Source: Candidatus Sulfomarinibacteraceae bacterium
GTDB lineage: Bacteria > Acidobacteriota > Thermoanaerobaculia > Thermoanaerobaculales > Sulfomarinibacteraceae
DNA: 64,000 nt
Assembly (NCBI GenBank): GCA_963796455.1
Contig: CAWCLO010000004.1
Span: forward strand, 512,001-576,000
Direction: 5' to 3'
Of the stretch, positions 30,822 through 40,910 are shown piece after piece (the stretch's first letter is position 1; each line of letters opens with the position of its first letter). Made by a program: the position numbers and the translations under genes. The notes under the pieces are model-generated. The model was not told the DNA's origin and did no database searches. It worked only from the letters and a program-made list of their open reading frames with translations.

Positions 30822-32333
30822 ATGATCCAAAGAGAATCAATTCATTCCGGGATTGGTCGTACTGTGGCGGCCCTTTTCTTTCTCATCCTGACGACTGCGG
30901 CGAGTGTGAAGGCGCAACAACTGACCGCCGAGGATCGTGCCTCTATCGTTGAGAAGCTCGCGGTCGCGATCGAAGAGGGCTACGTCCTGGAAGCAAAAGG
31001 CCGCGACCTGGCGGCGCAACTGCGGAGCATGCAGGCTGCCGGAGACTTCACCGAAGACAATCCCGGTGACCTCGCTGAGGCGCTGAGTACAACGCTCCGC
31101 GAGATCAGCGGCGACCTTCACTTTCGAGTCAACTACGGGAGCATGGCAGGAGTGGTCGGGGGGCCGCAGCGGCGCATGGTGCGGGTCTCGCCCGGAGAGC
31201 CCGAAAGATCGGCCGGTGGTGAGCGCCGGGTGATGCGGGTGCCCGCGGGACAGCCCCAACCTTCCGAAGGCGGTGAGCGCCGGATGGTACGGGTCGCACC
31301 CGGAAACATGGGCGCACCGGCCGGTGGTGAAGAAATGTCTGCCGAGATGTCCGCGCTCTTCGGAGCGATGGCGGCGCGCTTTCCCGACAACTACCGGGCG
31401 GAGATCCTGGCCGGGAACGTCGGTCTATTGGAGATCGACATTTTGTTTCCGCCCCACGACCGGCTCGACGAAGCGATGAAACTGTTGGCCGACACGGATG
31501 CCTTGATCCTCGACCTTCGCTCGTGTCCCGGTGGCACCGGCATGACCACCCGTCCGCTCGAGAGTGTGTTCTTCGCCGAGAGCACCGAACTCGTGACCAT
31601 GGCCGTTCGCGGTGAAGATCCCGAGCCCGTCATGTCCACCGACGAGACACCCGGCGGGGTCAAATATCTCGACAAGCCGGTTTTTGTCTTGACTTCGAAG
31701 GGCACGGGATCGGCCTGTGAAGAGGTGGCGTGGTGCCTCAAGTATCACGACAAAGCGGTCCTCGTGGGCGAGACCACGGCGGGCGCCGGCCACGGCATCA
31801 GCGCGATCTCCAACCTCGGCCACGATCTGAGCGCGACCATCCCCAATATGATGCCGATTCATCCGAATTTTGAAGGCGGTTGGGAGGTCATTGGTGTGCC
31901 GCCGGACGTGACCATCGGGTCGCGCAGCGCCGCCGACGAGGCCCACCTGTTGGCCCTGAACGCGATCATGGAGCATGCTGAAGGCAGCAAACTGAGCGAG
32001 GTTCAATCGGTTTATGCCGCCACCGCAATGGAGGTCGGCCGCCGCCAAAGTGAGTATGTCGACCAGGGCCGTTCGTTGCGGAGCTACTCCGCTTCATTCG
32101 AGGATGGACGCCGTCTCCACGTCAAGGACGGCGAGCTCTACTACACAAGCGAGGGTGGCCGCACAATAGGGCCGCTCCTGGCGACGGACGAACCCGACCA
32201 ATTTGAACTTGGCGGCGGCATCCAGAGAATGATCCTCGAGGTGGAACGCGACGGATCAGGCGAAATCCAGGCCATCACGATCTCGCGAGCCGGCAGCGAA
32301 GAGCAGAAGCGTTTCAAACGCGTCCGGCCCTAG
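30822..32333 (+). CDS. S41 family peptidase, exported
   Basis: Signal peptide; GDLHFRV, LILDLRSCPGG, VLTSKGTGSACEE, VGETTAGAGH, WEVIGVPPDV. Confidence 0.88.
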   Translation: MIQRESIHSGIGRTVAALFFLILTTAASVKAQQLTAEDRASIVEKLAVAIEEGYVLEAKGRDLAAQLRSMQAAGDFTEDNPGDLAEALSTTLREISGDLHFRVNYGSMAGVVGGPQRRMVRVSPGEPERSAGGERRVMRVPAGQPQPSEGGERRMVRVAPGNMGAPAGGEEMSAEMSALFGAMAARFPDNYRAEILAGNVGLLEIDILFPPHDRLDEAMKLLADTDALILDLRSCPGGTGMTTRPLESVFFAESTELVTMAVRGEDPEPVMSTDETPGGVKYLDKPVFVLTSKGTGSACEEVAWCLKYHDKAVLVGETTAGAGHGISAISNLGHDLSATIPNMMPIHPNFEGGWEVIGVPPDVTIGSRSAADEAHLLALNAIMEHAEGSKLSEVQSVYAATAMEVGRRQSEYVDQGRSLRSYSASFEDGRRLHVKDGELYYTSEGGRTIGPLLATDEPDQFELGGGIQRMILEVERDGSGEIQAITISRAGSEEQKRFKRVRP

Positions 32334-32418
32334 ACACGGCAATACGACGGGTATTCGCTGCGAACCGCGGATCGCGTCGGCCCGCCGCGCTCGTATCGAA
32401 TCGTGCGCTTCGACGCCC

Positions 32419-33981
32419 CTACCGGCGATGTCTGAGGACCTGGCCCGGCCGCGCGTCGGTGAGCGAGTCGTCCTCCACGACGACGGTGCCGTTGACGACC
32501 ACCAGCGCGTATCCCACCGAGTAATGGTGGGGATCCGTCAGGGTGGCCGTGTCGGCAACCGCTTCGGGATCGAAAAGAACGAGGTCGGCGGCGGATCCGA
32601 CCCGGATCAGACCACGATCCCGGAGGCCAAAGGTGCGGGCAGGCAAGGAGGTCATTCGCCGCACTGCGTCCTCGATGGTGAGGATCTCTCTTCCGCGCAC
32701 GAACTCGGCAAAAACCCGGGCGTTGGTGCCGTAGGAACGGGGGTGGGGAACACCGACTCCATATTCGATGACGCGGCCGTCGCTGGCCACCGCGGTGTTG
32801 GGAAAACGCAGGATCCGCTCGACGTCGGGCGCGCTCATCTTGTGGAAGACCATCTTGGCGCCACCGCCCTCCATCAGTTCGAAGATGGTGGCGATTTCGT
32901 TGGGGACGCCGGGTTCGCGGCCCTTGAGCAGGCTGATCTCCGGGATGCTCTTGCCTTCGATCGAACGATCCCAGGTGCACGTGGCAACCACGGCGTAGGA
33001 GTAGTCGGGGTAACCCTCTGTTGCAAGTCGGTCCGTCATGGCCTCGGCAATCTTGGCGCGCGTCGCGGGTTCGCCCAGACGCTGCTTCATCTTCTCGTTC
33101 CCGCCCGCACGAGCCCACGATGGAAGCGTCGTGCTGAGACCGGTTGACGACCACTCGTAGGGATACTGATCCACGACCACGTCGACCCCTTCGGTCCGGG
33201 CCTTTTTGACCATGTCGATGATCTCAACCGAACGACCCCACATCCGCGGGCTCGCGATCTTGAAATGCGAGATCTCCACCGGGATGCGCGCCTCTTTGCC
33301 GATCCGGATCGCTTCCGCGACGGCATCCATCACCTTGAGACCCTCGGACCGCATGTGCGTTGCATAGACGCCACCATGTTTGGCCGCGATCTCGGCGAGC
33401 GCGATCACCTCTTCGGTGCCTGCGTAGGTGCCGGGCACGTAGATCAGACCGGTGGAGAGACCGACCGCCCCATCGCGCATTGCCGCGTCCACCATCGCCT
33501 GCATTTCGGCGATTTCTTCGACCGTCGCCGGCCGGTTTTCGCTGCCCATGACTTTACGGCGCACCGAGTTGTGCCCGACCAGCGAGGCGAGGTTGGGGCC
33601 GAGCCCCAGCTTTTCGAGGCGTGCAAAGTACGATGAGAGATCGGTTTTCGAGCCGCCGCAGTTCCCGGTCACGATCGTCGTGACGCCGTCGCGCAGGAAA
33701 TTCGCCGCGCCAGGGAAGTTTTCCACCTCGTCTTCTACATGCGTGTGCACGTCGATGAAGCCTGGAGAGAGGACCAGACCATTCGCGTCGATGATTTTCG
33801 TTGCCGACGCCTCGCTCAGTGGTCCGATGGCGGCGATCTTTCCGTTCAGGACGCCGACGTCAGAGCGGTACCAGGGGTTGCCGGTCCCGTCCACTATCCG
33901 CGCGTCCTTGACCAGGAGATCAAAATCCGCCGCCGGGAGTGTCGCCGGAAGGAGGAACAGAATCGGCAACAACTTTTTCAT
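32419..33981 (-). CDS. N-acyl-D-amino acid deacylase (D-aminoacylase), exported
   Basis: PGFIDVHTH, GNCGGS, GLIYVPG, THMRSE, ISHFK, PHPRSYGT, ADLVLFDP. Start MKKLLPILFLLP at 33981. Confidence 0.92.
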   Translation of the reverse strand: MKKLLPILFLLPATLPAADFDLLVKDARIVDGTGNPWYRSDVGVLNGKIAAIGPLSEASATKIIDANGLVLSPGFIDVHTHVEDEVENFPGAANFLRDGVTTIVTGNCGGSKTDLSSYFARLEKLGLGPNLASLVGHNSVRRKVMGSENRPATVEEIAEMQAMVDAAMRDGAVGLSTGLIYVPGTYAGTEEVIALAEIAAKHGGVYATHMRSEGLKVMDAVAEAIRIGKEARIPVEISHFKIASPRMWGRSVEIIDMVKKARTEGVDVVVDQYPYEWSSTGLSTTLPSWARAGGNEKMKQRLGEPATRAKIAEAMTDRLATEGYPDYSYAVVATCTWDRSIEGKSIPEISLLKGREPGVPNEIATIFELMEGGGAKMVFHKMSAPDVERILRFPNTAVASDGRVIEYGVGVPHPRSYGTNARVFAEFVRGREILTIEDAVRRMTSLPARTFGLRDRGLIRVGSAADLVLFDPEAVADTATLTDPHHYSVGYALVVVNGTVVVEDDSLTDARPGQVLRHRR

Positions 33982-34246
33982 TGGTCGTCTCCTCACCCCG
34001 ACCACTGTTTGATCGGTGGTCCCGCCGGTCATTATCCATGGAAGGATGGCCCACCGCCAGTTTTCGTTGTCGACCGCAGCGTGGGTACCTGCGTCAACGG
34101 AGAGCGAGTGCTGAGAGAGTGGATCTCAATACCCTGATTTTTCTTGCAGTTGCGGAAAAGTGGGCATATCTTGATTCTCATATGTGTCCTGCAAAAAGGG
34201 CGTCAATTTCAGGAGGGAGTGACCGATGAAAAAAAGGGAGGGATCG

Positions 34247-37200
34247 ATGAGAAATGTATTCCTTGTTTTTCTGGTCGTCATGTTGGCTGCGACAGGCGCG
34301 CTGGCACAGACGATCGCGACCTCAACACTGATCGGGAAGGTGACCGCGGATGGCGCCCCGCTCCCAGGGGTCACGGTGACCGCGACGTCCCCGCGTCTTC
34401 AGGGACCGCGCACGGCCATCACGGATGCCCAGGGTTCTTTCCTGATGCCCTTCCTTCCGCCAGGGGTGTACACGGTCAACTTCATGATGGACCAGATGCA
34501 GCCCCGTGAAGAGACGCTGACCCTCACTGCGGCGATGACTGATACGCTCGATGTCGACCTCAAGCTGGCCGCGGTGGAGGGGGAGATCGTCGTCACTGCG
34601 GACAAGAACATGACCGCGCCGATCGAGGCGACATCGGTCAGCGTGAACTTCAACCAGGACCTGATCAACGTGCTACCGACCGGCCGGAGTATGTCGGCAG
34701 TCACCCGCCTCGCTCCAGGCGCCAACGACGGTGGGCCGGGCGGCAACACCATCATTTCCGGTGCCATGTCCTACGACAGCCTGTATCTGATCAACGGTGT
34801 GAACGTCAACGAGAACCTGCGCGGACAGCCGCACAATCTCTACATCGAAGATGCGATCGAGGAGACGACCGTCTTCACCGGCGGCATCTCGGCCGAGTAC
34901 GGGAACTTCACCGGCGGCGTCGTCAATATGCTCACCAAGTCGGGCGGTAACCAGTTCAAGGGAACCTTCCGCGCCACCCTCAGAAATGAGAGCTGGACGT
35001 CGAAGACGCCGCTGACGGGCGAGCAGGAGGACAAGATCAACCCGACCTATGAAGCCACCTTCGGCGGGCCATTCTGGCGCGACAGACTGTGGTTCTTCAG
35101 CGCGGGCCGCTACGTAAAGACGGACACCATCAACCAAACCTCCCTCGGTCTGGCCCGAACAGGCGACCAGGACGCGAACGGCGTTCCTTACGCCGTTGGC
35201 GACCAGATCGAACCGATCACCTACCCCTACGAAAATGACCAGACGCGGCTGGAGGCCAAGCTGACCTGGGCCATTAACCAGGCCCACAGGGTCATCGGCT
35301 CGTACACCGACGTCGACGAGACCCAGATGAATTATCGTCGGTCGGGCTCGATGGATCTGCGCAGCCTCAACCCAAATCGCATGCTCCCGAACACTCTGAT
35401 GGCGCTGAACTACAACGGCGTGATCACCGAGAATTTCTTTCTCGAGGCCCAGTACTCGGCGAAGGAGTACTCGTTCCTGAATTCAGGCTCGAGTTGGTAC
35501 GACCTCATCAACGGCACGCTGCTCCTGGACCGGGCGCGCGGAACGCGCTACTGGTCGCCGACCTTCCGGATCAAACCGGACGGCGAGCAACGGAACAACG
35601 AACTGTGGGCGATCAACGGGACGTACTTTCTGTCGACCGGAAGTGCCGGCACCCACGAACTCAAGGCCGGCTATCAAAACTTCGACGAAGTCCGCGACGT
35701 CAACAACTACCAGAATGGCAGCGACTACCGGATCAGCCTCTATCAGACCATCATCCGTGGAGACGAGATCTACCCCCGGGTCCGTACCGGCGGGACCTAT
35801 ACCCGCATTTACTGGTATCCGATTTTCGTCCCCAGTGAGGGCTCCCACTATTCCACCGACTCGCTCTATCTGAACGACCGCTGGGTGGTCAGCCCCCGCT
35901 GGACTCTCAACCTCGGCGTGCGCTACGACAAGAACGATGCCATCAGCGGCGACGGTTCGTATAAGGTCGCCGACGATTCCGCCTTCAGTCCGCGATTGGG
36001 CGCGAACTGGGACGCGCTCGGCAACGGCAAACTGAAATTCACCCTCAGCTACGCCCAGTACGTTGGTCGCCTCGCCGAAGGCGTCGGCAACGACGGCGAT
36101 CCGGCCGGCCGCACCGCGTCGTTCAACTGGGTCTACCGCGGGCCCTCTATCAACAACGACGTCAACACTCCAACCGACCAGCTCGTCCCCACCGATGTCG
36201 CCATCCAGATGGTCATGGACTGGTTCTTCGAAAACGGCGGCACCGACTTGCGCCCGACCCGGACGGCGCCATCGATCCCCGGGCTTCAGACGAAGCTCGA
36301 TCCTGCCGGAATGAAGTCGCCCAACGTGGACGAATGGACTCTCGGCGTCGGTGTCACGCTCGGCAACAAAGGTATCGCCCGAGCGGACTTCGTCTACCGT
36401 ACCTGGGATGATTTCTACATCGGCAACATCAACACCGAGACCGGCCAGGTCGATTTCGAGGACCGATCCTACGACCTGAACATCGTCGGCAATGACAATA
36501 GCGGCATTTACAACCGCGAATACCAGGGCATCCATACCCAAGCCCAATACCGCTTCACCAACCGGCTCAACGCCGGTCTCACGTACACCTGGTCCAAACT
36601 GATCGGCAACGTGACCGGCGAAAACACGGGGAGCGGACCAATCAGGGGCGTGGCAGGGCAATACCCTGAATACCGTGAGGCACGCTGGAACTACCCCACG
36701 GGATACCTCACCGGCGACCGCCGTCACCGGGCGAGGTTGTGGGGCACCTACGACCTGCCGACCGGCATCGGGGACTTCAACTTCAGTCTGATGCAGAGGT
36801 TCGAGTCGGGGCAGGCTTCCTCGACCGACGGAACGATCGATTCGCGACCCTACGTCGACAATCCGGGCTACCTCTCACCTGTCTCGGGGATCAGCTATTT
36901 CTTCGGCGGCCGCGGCAACCTCAAAACCGACAACATCACGGCGACCGATATCGGGGTGCAATACACGCTGCCGATCAAGGCAGTTGATCTTTTTGTCCGC
37001 TTCGATGCCTTCAACATCTTCAACGAGCAAGCTGTCGACAGCTTCAACGAAGAGATCCTGACCGAGGACGATGAGGATTGGCTTGCAGCGTTCAACCCCT
37101 TCACCGATACACCCCTCGAGTGCCCGCAGGGCGCCTCGCCGGAGACCTGCATCGAGATGGGTGCGAACTGGCAGAAAGGCCCCAACTTCGGTGAGCCGAC

Positions 37201-37261
37201 CAGTGAGTCGAGTTACCAGGCGCCGCGGTCGTTCCGCATCGCCTTTGGGCTCCGCTTCTGA
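34247..37261 (+). CDS. TonB-dependent receptor with carboxypeptidase regulatory-like N-domain (Oar-like)
   Basis: LPGVTVTATS, SAEYGNFTGGVVN..TKSGGN, LNLGVRYD, FSPRLG, C-terminal RIAFGLRF. Alternative in-frame start at 34226. Confidence 0.93.
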   Translation: MRNVFLVFLVVMLAATGALAQTIATSTLIGKVTADGAPLPGVTVTATSPRLQGPRTAITDAQGSFLMPFLPPGVYTVNFMMDQMQPREETLTLTAAMTDTLDVDLKLAAVEGEIVVTADKNMTAPIEATSVSVNFNQDLINVLPTGRSMSAVTRLAPGANDGGPGGNTIISGAMSYDSLYLINGVNVNENLRGQPHNLYIEDAIEETTVFTGGISAEYGNFTGGVVNMLTKSGGNQFKGTFRATLRNESWTSKTPLTGEQEDKINPTYEATFGGPFWRDRLWFFSAGRYVKTDTINQTSLGLARTGDQDANGVPYAVGDQIEPITYPYENDQTRLEAKLTWAINQAHRVIGSYTDVDETQMNYRRSGSMDLRSLNPNRMLPNTLMALNYNGVITENFFLEAQYSAKEYSFLNSGSSWYDLINGTLLLDRARGTRYWSPTFRIKPDGEQRNNELWAINGTYFLSTGSAGTHELKAGYQNFDEVRDVNNYQNGSDYRISLYQTIIRGDEIYPRVRTGGTYTRIYWYPIFVPSEGSHYSTDSLYLNDRWVVSPRWTLNLGVRYDKNDAISGDGSYKVADDSAFSPRLGANWDALGNGKLKFTLSYAQYVGRLAEGVGNDGDPAGRTASFNWVYRGPSINNDVNTPTDQLVPTDVAIQMVMDWFFENGGTDLRPTRTAPSIPGLQTKLDPAGMKSPNVDEWTLGVGVTLGNKGIARADFVYRTWDDFYIGNINTETGQVDFEDRSYDLNIVGNDNSGIYNREYQGIHTQAQYRFTNRLNAGLTYTWSKLIGNVTGENTGSGPIRGVAGQYPEYREARWNYPTGYLTGDRRHRARLWGTYDLPTGIGDFNFSLMQRFESGQASSTDGTIDSRPYVDNPGYLSPVSGISYFFGGRGNLKTDNITATDIGVQYTLPIKAVDLFVRFDAFNIFNEQAVDSFNEEILTEDDEDWLAAFNPFTDTPLECPQGASPETCIEMGANWQKGPNFGEPTSESSYQAPRSFRIAFGLRF

Positions 37262-37281
37262 TTTCTCAGACCTTTCGATCG

Positions 37282-37311
37282 GGGCACGCCTTCGGGCGTG
37301 CCCTTTTTTTT
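37282..37311 (+). terminator. Intrinsic terminator
   Basis: GGGCACGCC-TTCG-GGCGTGCCC followed by T8, just after the receptor stop. Confidence 0.9.
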
Positions 37312-37457
37312 GCCTGGGTCAAGGTCCTGGTCCTGTAGGCGCCTCCTTCAGGGTGCGCGAGACAGGCGCTCGATTTCCGCCTTGAAAGAACCTGGAATTC
37401 GCCGGCGATAGCGACTTTTCGCGGCACCCACGAAAATGACGATGGTATTCTCCCGCG

Positions 37458-38819
37458 ATGAAAATTATTGTCATCTGCTGTGCCGCCTGCCTGCTGGTGC
37501 CCACCGTCGTTGCGAGCGCCGAGAATCCATCGATCGATCCCGTCGCGGAGATCACCGAGGCCGCCCTGTCGGACGACTACGCCTGGCACTGGCTCTCGAC
37601 CCTGTGCGATCGTTACGGGCCCAGGCTCACCGGCTCGGCCGCTTACGACCGTGCGGCCGCCTGGGCGGTGCAGAGCCTCGAGAAGGCTGGATTCGACAAG
37701 GTGTGGACCGAGCCCGTCCCGGTGCCCCATTGGGTTCGGGGCGCGGAGTGGGCGAGGCTGATCGCGCCGGTGGACGAGCCGTTGATCATCACCGGGTTGG
37801 GAGGCAGCGCCGGCACTTTGAAAGAGGGTCTGGAGGCCGAGGTCGTCCTCGCCCGCAACTTCGACGAACTGAAAGCCCTGGGCGATGAGGTTCGAGGGAA
37901 GATCGTGCTCTTCAATCCTGAATGGAAGGGATATGGCAGCGTTTCCAACTACCGCGTCAACGCTCCTGCGGCGGCATCGCGGTTGGGGGCTGTCGGCGCC
38001 CTGGTGCGTTCGGCCACCGGCTTCAGTCTCGCCACCCCACACACCGGCCTCACCGACTTCGAAGCCGACGACACCCGGATACCCGCCGCGGCGATTACCA
38101 CGGAGAGCGCCGATCGGCTCGAGCGGTTGATCGATCGCGGTGAGACCGTGCGGGTTCGTTGGTTTTCGGGGGCCGAGAACCACCCCTTCGTCGACCAACC
38201 GACCGTAATCGCCGAGGCGCGCGGCACTGAGTTTCCCGACGAAGTCGTGGTGGCCGGGTGCCATTTCGATTCCTGGGACGTGGGCACCGGCGCCCACGAT
38301 GACGGAGCCGGCTGTGCCATCGTGGTTGCTGCAGCCCGGATGTTGATCGATGAACGGTTGCGGCCTCGTCGTACGGTACGGGTCGTCCTGTTTGCCTCCG
38401 AGGAACAGGGCGCCCATGCCGGAAGGGCCTATCTTGAAGCCCACCGGGACGAACTGGATCGCCACGTCGCCGCACTGGAAAGCGACTCAGGAGCTTTTGC
38501 TCCGGCCGGATTCTCGGTCAAGGGCTCCCCGGAAGCAGTCGGGCGGGTGGCCAAACTGGCCGCTCCCTTGGCACGACTCGGAGCTTCAAACGTCAGGGTT
38601 GGGGGCGCCGGCGTCGACATCGGCCCCATCGTCAGCGAGGGTGTGCCGGGTATCGGTCATCGGGTGCACGGCGATCACTATTTCGACTACCACCACAGCC
38701 CGGCCGACACCCTCGACAAGGTCGATCCGGAACACCTGGCCGCCAACGTCGCAGCGGTTGCCGGTCTGCTCTGGGGGATCGCCAACGAACCGGAGGCCCT
38801 GCCTCGCGCTACTGACTAA
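37458..38819 (+). CDS. M28 family peptidase (carboxypeptidase Q-like, PA domain), exported
   Basis: GPRLTGS, PHTG, HFDSWDVGTGAHDDGAG, SEEQG, ESDSG, YHHSPADT. Confidence 0.92.
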   Translation: MKIIVICCAACLLVPTVVASAENPSIDPVAEITEAALSDDYAWHWLSTLCDRYGPRLTGSAAYDRAAAWAVQSLEKAGFDKVWTEPVPVPHWVRGAEWARLIAPVDEPLIITGLGGSAGTLKEGLEAEVVLARNFDELKALGDEVRGKIVLFNPEWKGYGSVSNYRVNAPAAASRLGAVGALVRSATGFSLATPHTGLTDFEADDTRIPAAAITTESADRLERLIDRGETVRVRWFSGAENHPFVDQPTVIAEARGTEFPDEVVVAGCHFDSWDVGTGAHDDGAGCAIVVAAARMLIDERLRPRRTVRVVLFASEEQGAHAGRAYLEAHRDELDRHVAALESDSGAFAPAGFSVKGSPEAVGRVAKLAAPLARLGASNVRVGGAGVDIGPIVSEGVPGIGHRVHGDHYFDYHHSPADTLDKVDPEHLAANVAAVAGLLWGIANEPEALPRATD

Positions 38820-38861
38820 CCGTCCGACTGCAACCCCACCTGCTAAACTGCAAGCCAGGTT

Positions 38862-39704
38862 ATGGCCAATCATTTGCGAACCTGTTCTCTAGTGATTCTT
38901 CTCATTTTTCTGGGAGTCGGCTGCGCCACCCCCGAGAGCCCCTGTCCGCCTCAACAGATTGGATCCTGGAGTGCGGACGGCGAGACCGAGGTCTATGTCG
39001 GCGATGACCTCTTCATCTACATCAACGGTGGGGCGGAGATCTATCACGAGTACGGGTTTGTGCAGGTCTCGGTGCAGCGGTATGTGCGAGGCGAGGATTC
39101 GATTTCGGTAGAGATCTACGCCATGGATGGTGACGCCTTCGGCATTTACAGTTTTGCCCGGTCTTCGGGCGGACGTGCGGTTGATCTGGGCAACGGCGGT
39201 ACCTCGGCCGACTACTACATGCATTTTTGGAGTGGGCCTGAGTTGGCGGTCATTACTGCCGAAAGCGAGTTTGAAGATCTTGGTGCGGCGGTATTGGAGA
39301 TCGGGACTGCTTTCGCCGGGTGTTTACAGGCGGGTGGATTCGAGCCGGATCTGCTCGATCATCTGCCGGTGGACGGACGGGTCGAGGCTACCGAGGTCTA
39401 TTTCACCGGTCGGCTGGCGTTCCTGAATGTCGCGCGGCCGGCGGCTCCTCTTTTCATGGGCTTTGAGGAGGGTGCAGTTGCCGGTTATGAATCCGGTGAA
39501 CAGATCGTGGTCTTGCGCTGGGCTGACGAAACGGCTGCGGCCGAGGCCTTGCAGCAGGCACGAGAGTTGTGTGCGGGCGATGGGGAAGTGGTTGTTGAAA
39601 TCGAAGAAAGCGGTGCCACCGAGTTCGAAACCGGTGGTCACCGAATTGTGGCGAGCGGCTCGGGAAATCTGATCACACTTCGCGTGCAGAAGGAGGCATC
39701 ATGA
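38862..39704 (+). CDS. DUF6599-like lipoprotein
   Basis: Lipobox GVGC; LFIYINGGAEIYHEYGF, VEIYAM, AFGIYS; ATGA overlap with the next gene. Confidence 0.75.
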   Translation: MANHLRTCSLVILLIFLGVGCATPESPCPPQQIGSWSADGETEVYVGDDLFIYINGGAEIYHEYGFVQVSVQRYVRGEDSISVEIYAMDGDAFGIYSFARSSGGRAVDLGNGGTSADYYMHFWSGPELAVITAESEFEDLGAAVLEIGTAFAGCLQAGGFEPDLLDHLPVDGRVEATEVYFTGRLAFLNVARPAAPLFMGFEEGAVAGYESGEQIVVLRWADETAAAEALQQARELCAGDGEVVVEIEESGATEFETGGHRIVASGSGNLITLRVQKEAS

Positions 39705-40639
39705 GCGACAAGAAAAAGAACACCGGGATCACCAGACGCGATTTCGTCGCCACCGGCGCCGCTGCCGGAACTCTGCTCGCGACCGGGGTGGGTTTCGGTG
39801 AGCAGGCTCAAGTTCCTCCGCTCGATCTCGCCGTGGCGCACGGTCCGGATGTGGCCAAGAACACCATTGCGGTGATCGAAGCGCACGGAGGGATGGGTGC
39901 CTTTGTACGGCCGGGCCAGATCGTCAATATTCTTCCAAACGCCCAGGGCTCGCACCCCGGAACCTCGACCGATCCTGTTCTGGTCAAGACCGTTGTCGAC
40001 TTGTGTAAAAAGGCCGGCGCCAAAGAGGTCCGGTGGTTGACCTGGCAGTCCGGTAAATATTTCGAGCGCAGCAATATCGATCAGTTGGTCAAGGGCAGCG
40101 GGGCAGATTTCATCCAGGTGGACAGCGACGACGAAAGTCAGTGGCACAACCTCGACGTGCCGAAGGGTGTTGCCCTCGACAAGATCCGAGTCTTCAAGAT
40201 CCTCGACGAGTGTGATGTGTTCATCAACATGCCGATCTTCAAGGATCACATCGGGTCCCGCTTCACCGGGTCGCTCAAAAACTATATGGGCGCCTCCCAT
40301 CCAAAAGACAACCGCCCATTCCACCCGACCTTCGAGGGCAAGGACCTCGAGCACATGGAGCAGTGCATTGCAGACCTCAACACGGTTGTCAGGAAACCCG
40401 ATCTGATCGTGGCCGACGCCATGACGATCCTCACCAGCAAGGGCCCATTCGGCCCGGGTGATATCGCCAAACCGCAGAAGGTGATCGCCGGTGTCGATCG
40501 CGTGGCCCTCGATTCTTACGGCGCGACCCTGCTCGGCCTCTCAGGCAGTGAGGTCACGATGATCGCCAACGCCCACAAGCTCGGTCTCGGCGAAATCGAC
40601 CTCGGCAAGGTGAATATCAAAGAGATGGAAGTGGCTTAG
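39701..40639 (+). CDS. DUF362 domain protein with Tat signal
   Basis: TRRDFV; GGMGAFVRPG, TDP, INMPIFKDH, SLKNYMG, DRVALD. Confidence 0.88.
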   Translation: MSDKKKNTGITRRDFVATGAAAGTLLATGVGFGEQAQVPPLDLAVAHGPDVAKNTIAVIEAHGGMGAFVRPGQIVNILPNAQGSHPGTSTDPVLVKTVVDLCKKAGAKEVRWLTWQSGKYFERSNIDQLVKGSGADFIQVDSDDESQWHNLDVPKGVALDKIRVFKILDECDVFINMPIFKDHIGSRFTGSLKNYMGASHPKDNRPFHPTFEGKDLEHMEQCIADLNTVVRKPDLIVADAMTILTSKGPFGPGDIAKPQKVIAGVDRVALDSYGATLLGLSGSEVTMIANAHKLGLGEIDLGKVNIKEMEVA

Positions 40640-40910
40640 CTTGGAGATCTTCGGGTCGGAGGCACAGTCACCGCCATTCGCCTCGAGCTTTTTGAGGCAT
40701 TGCGCCGGCTCCTCGCGCTGGGAGAGGAGCTCGCAGCGGAGTGATCGCCGAGTCGCCAAGAGGAACGCTTCGAAGACGGCACCCATAAAGCAACCTTCGA
40801 GATCATGCTACCGTCGGGTAGCGCAAAAATGAACAATTCCTATCGCTCTCGTGCACCGCTGACTGGGTGCCCGAAAGTGGTGGGCTTTCGTTTGTAGGAG
40901 GCTCAGGCTG

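Noticed and set aside
37334..37360. GTAG-type REP-like sequence
   Set aside because: Degenerate palindrome, single copy in the window.
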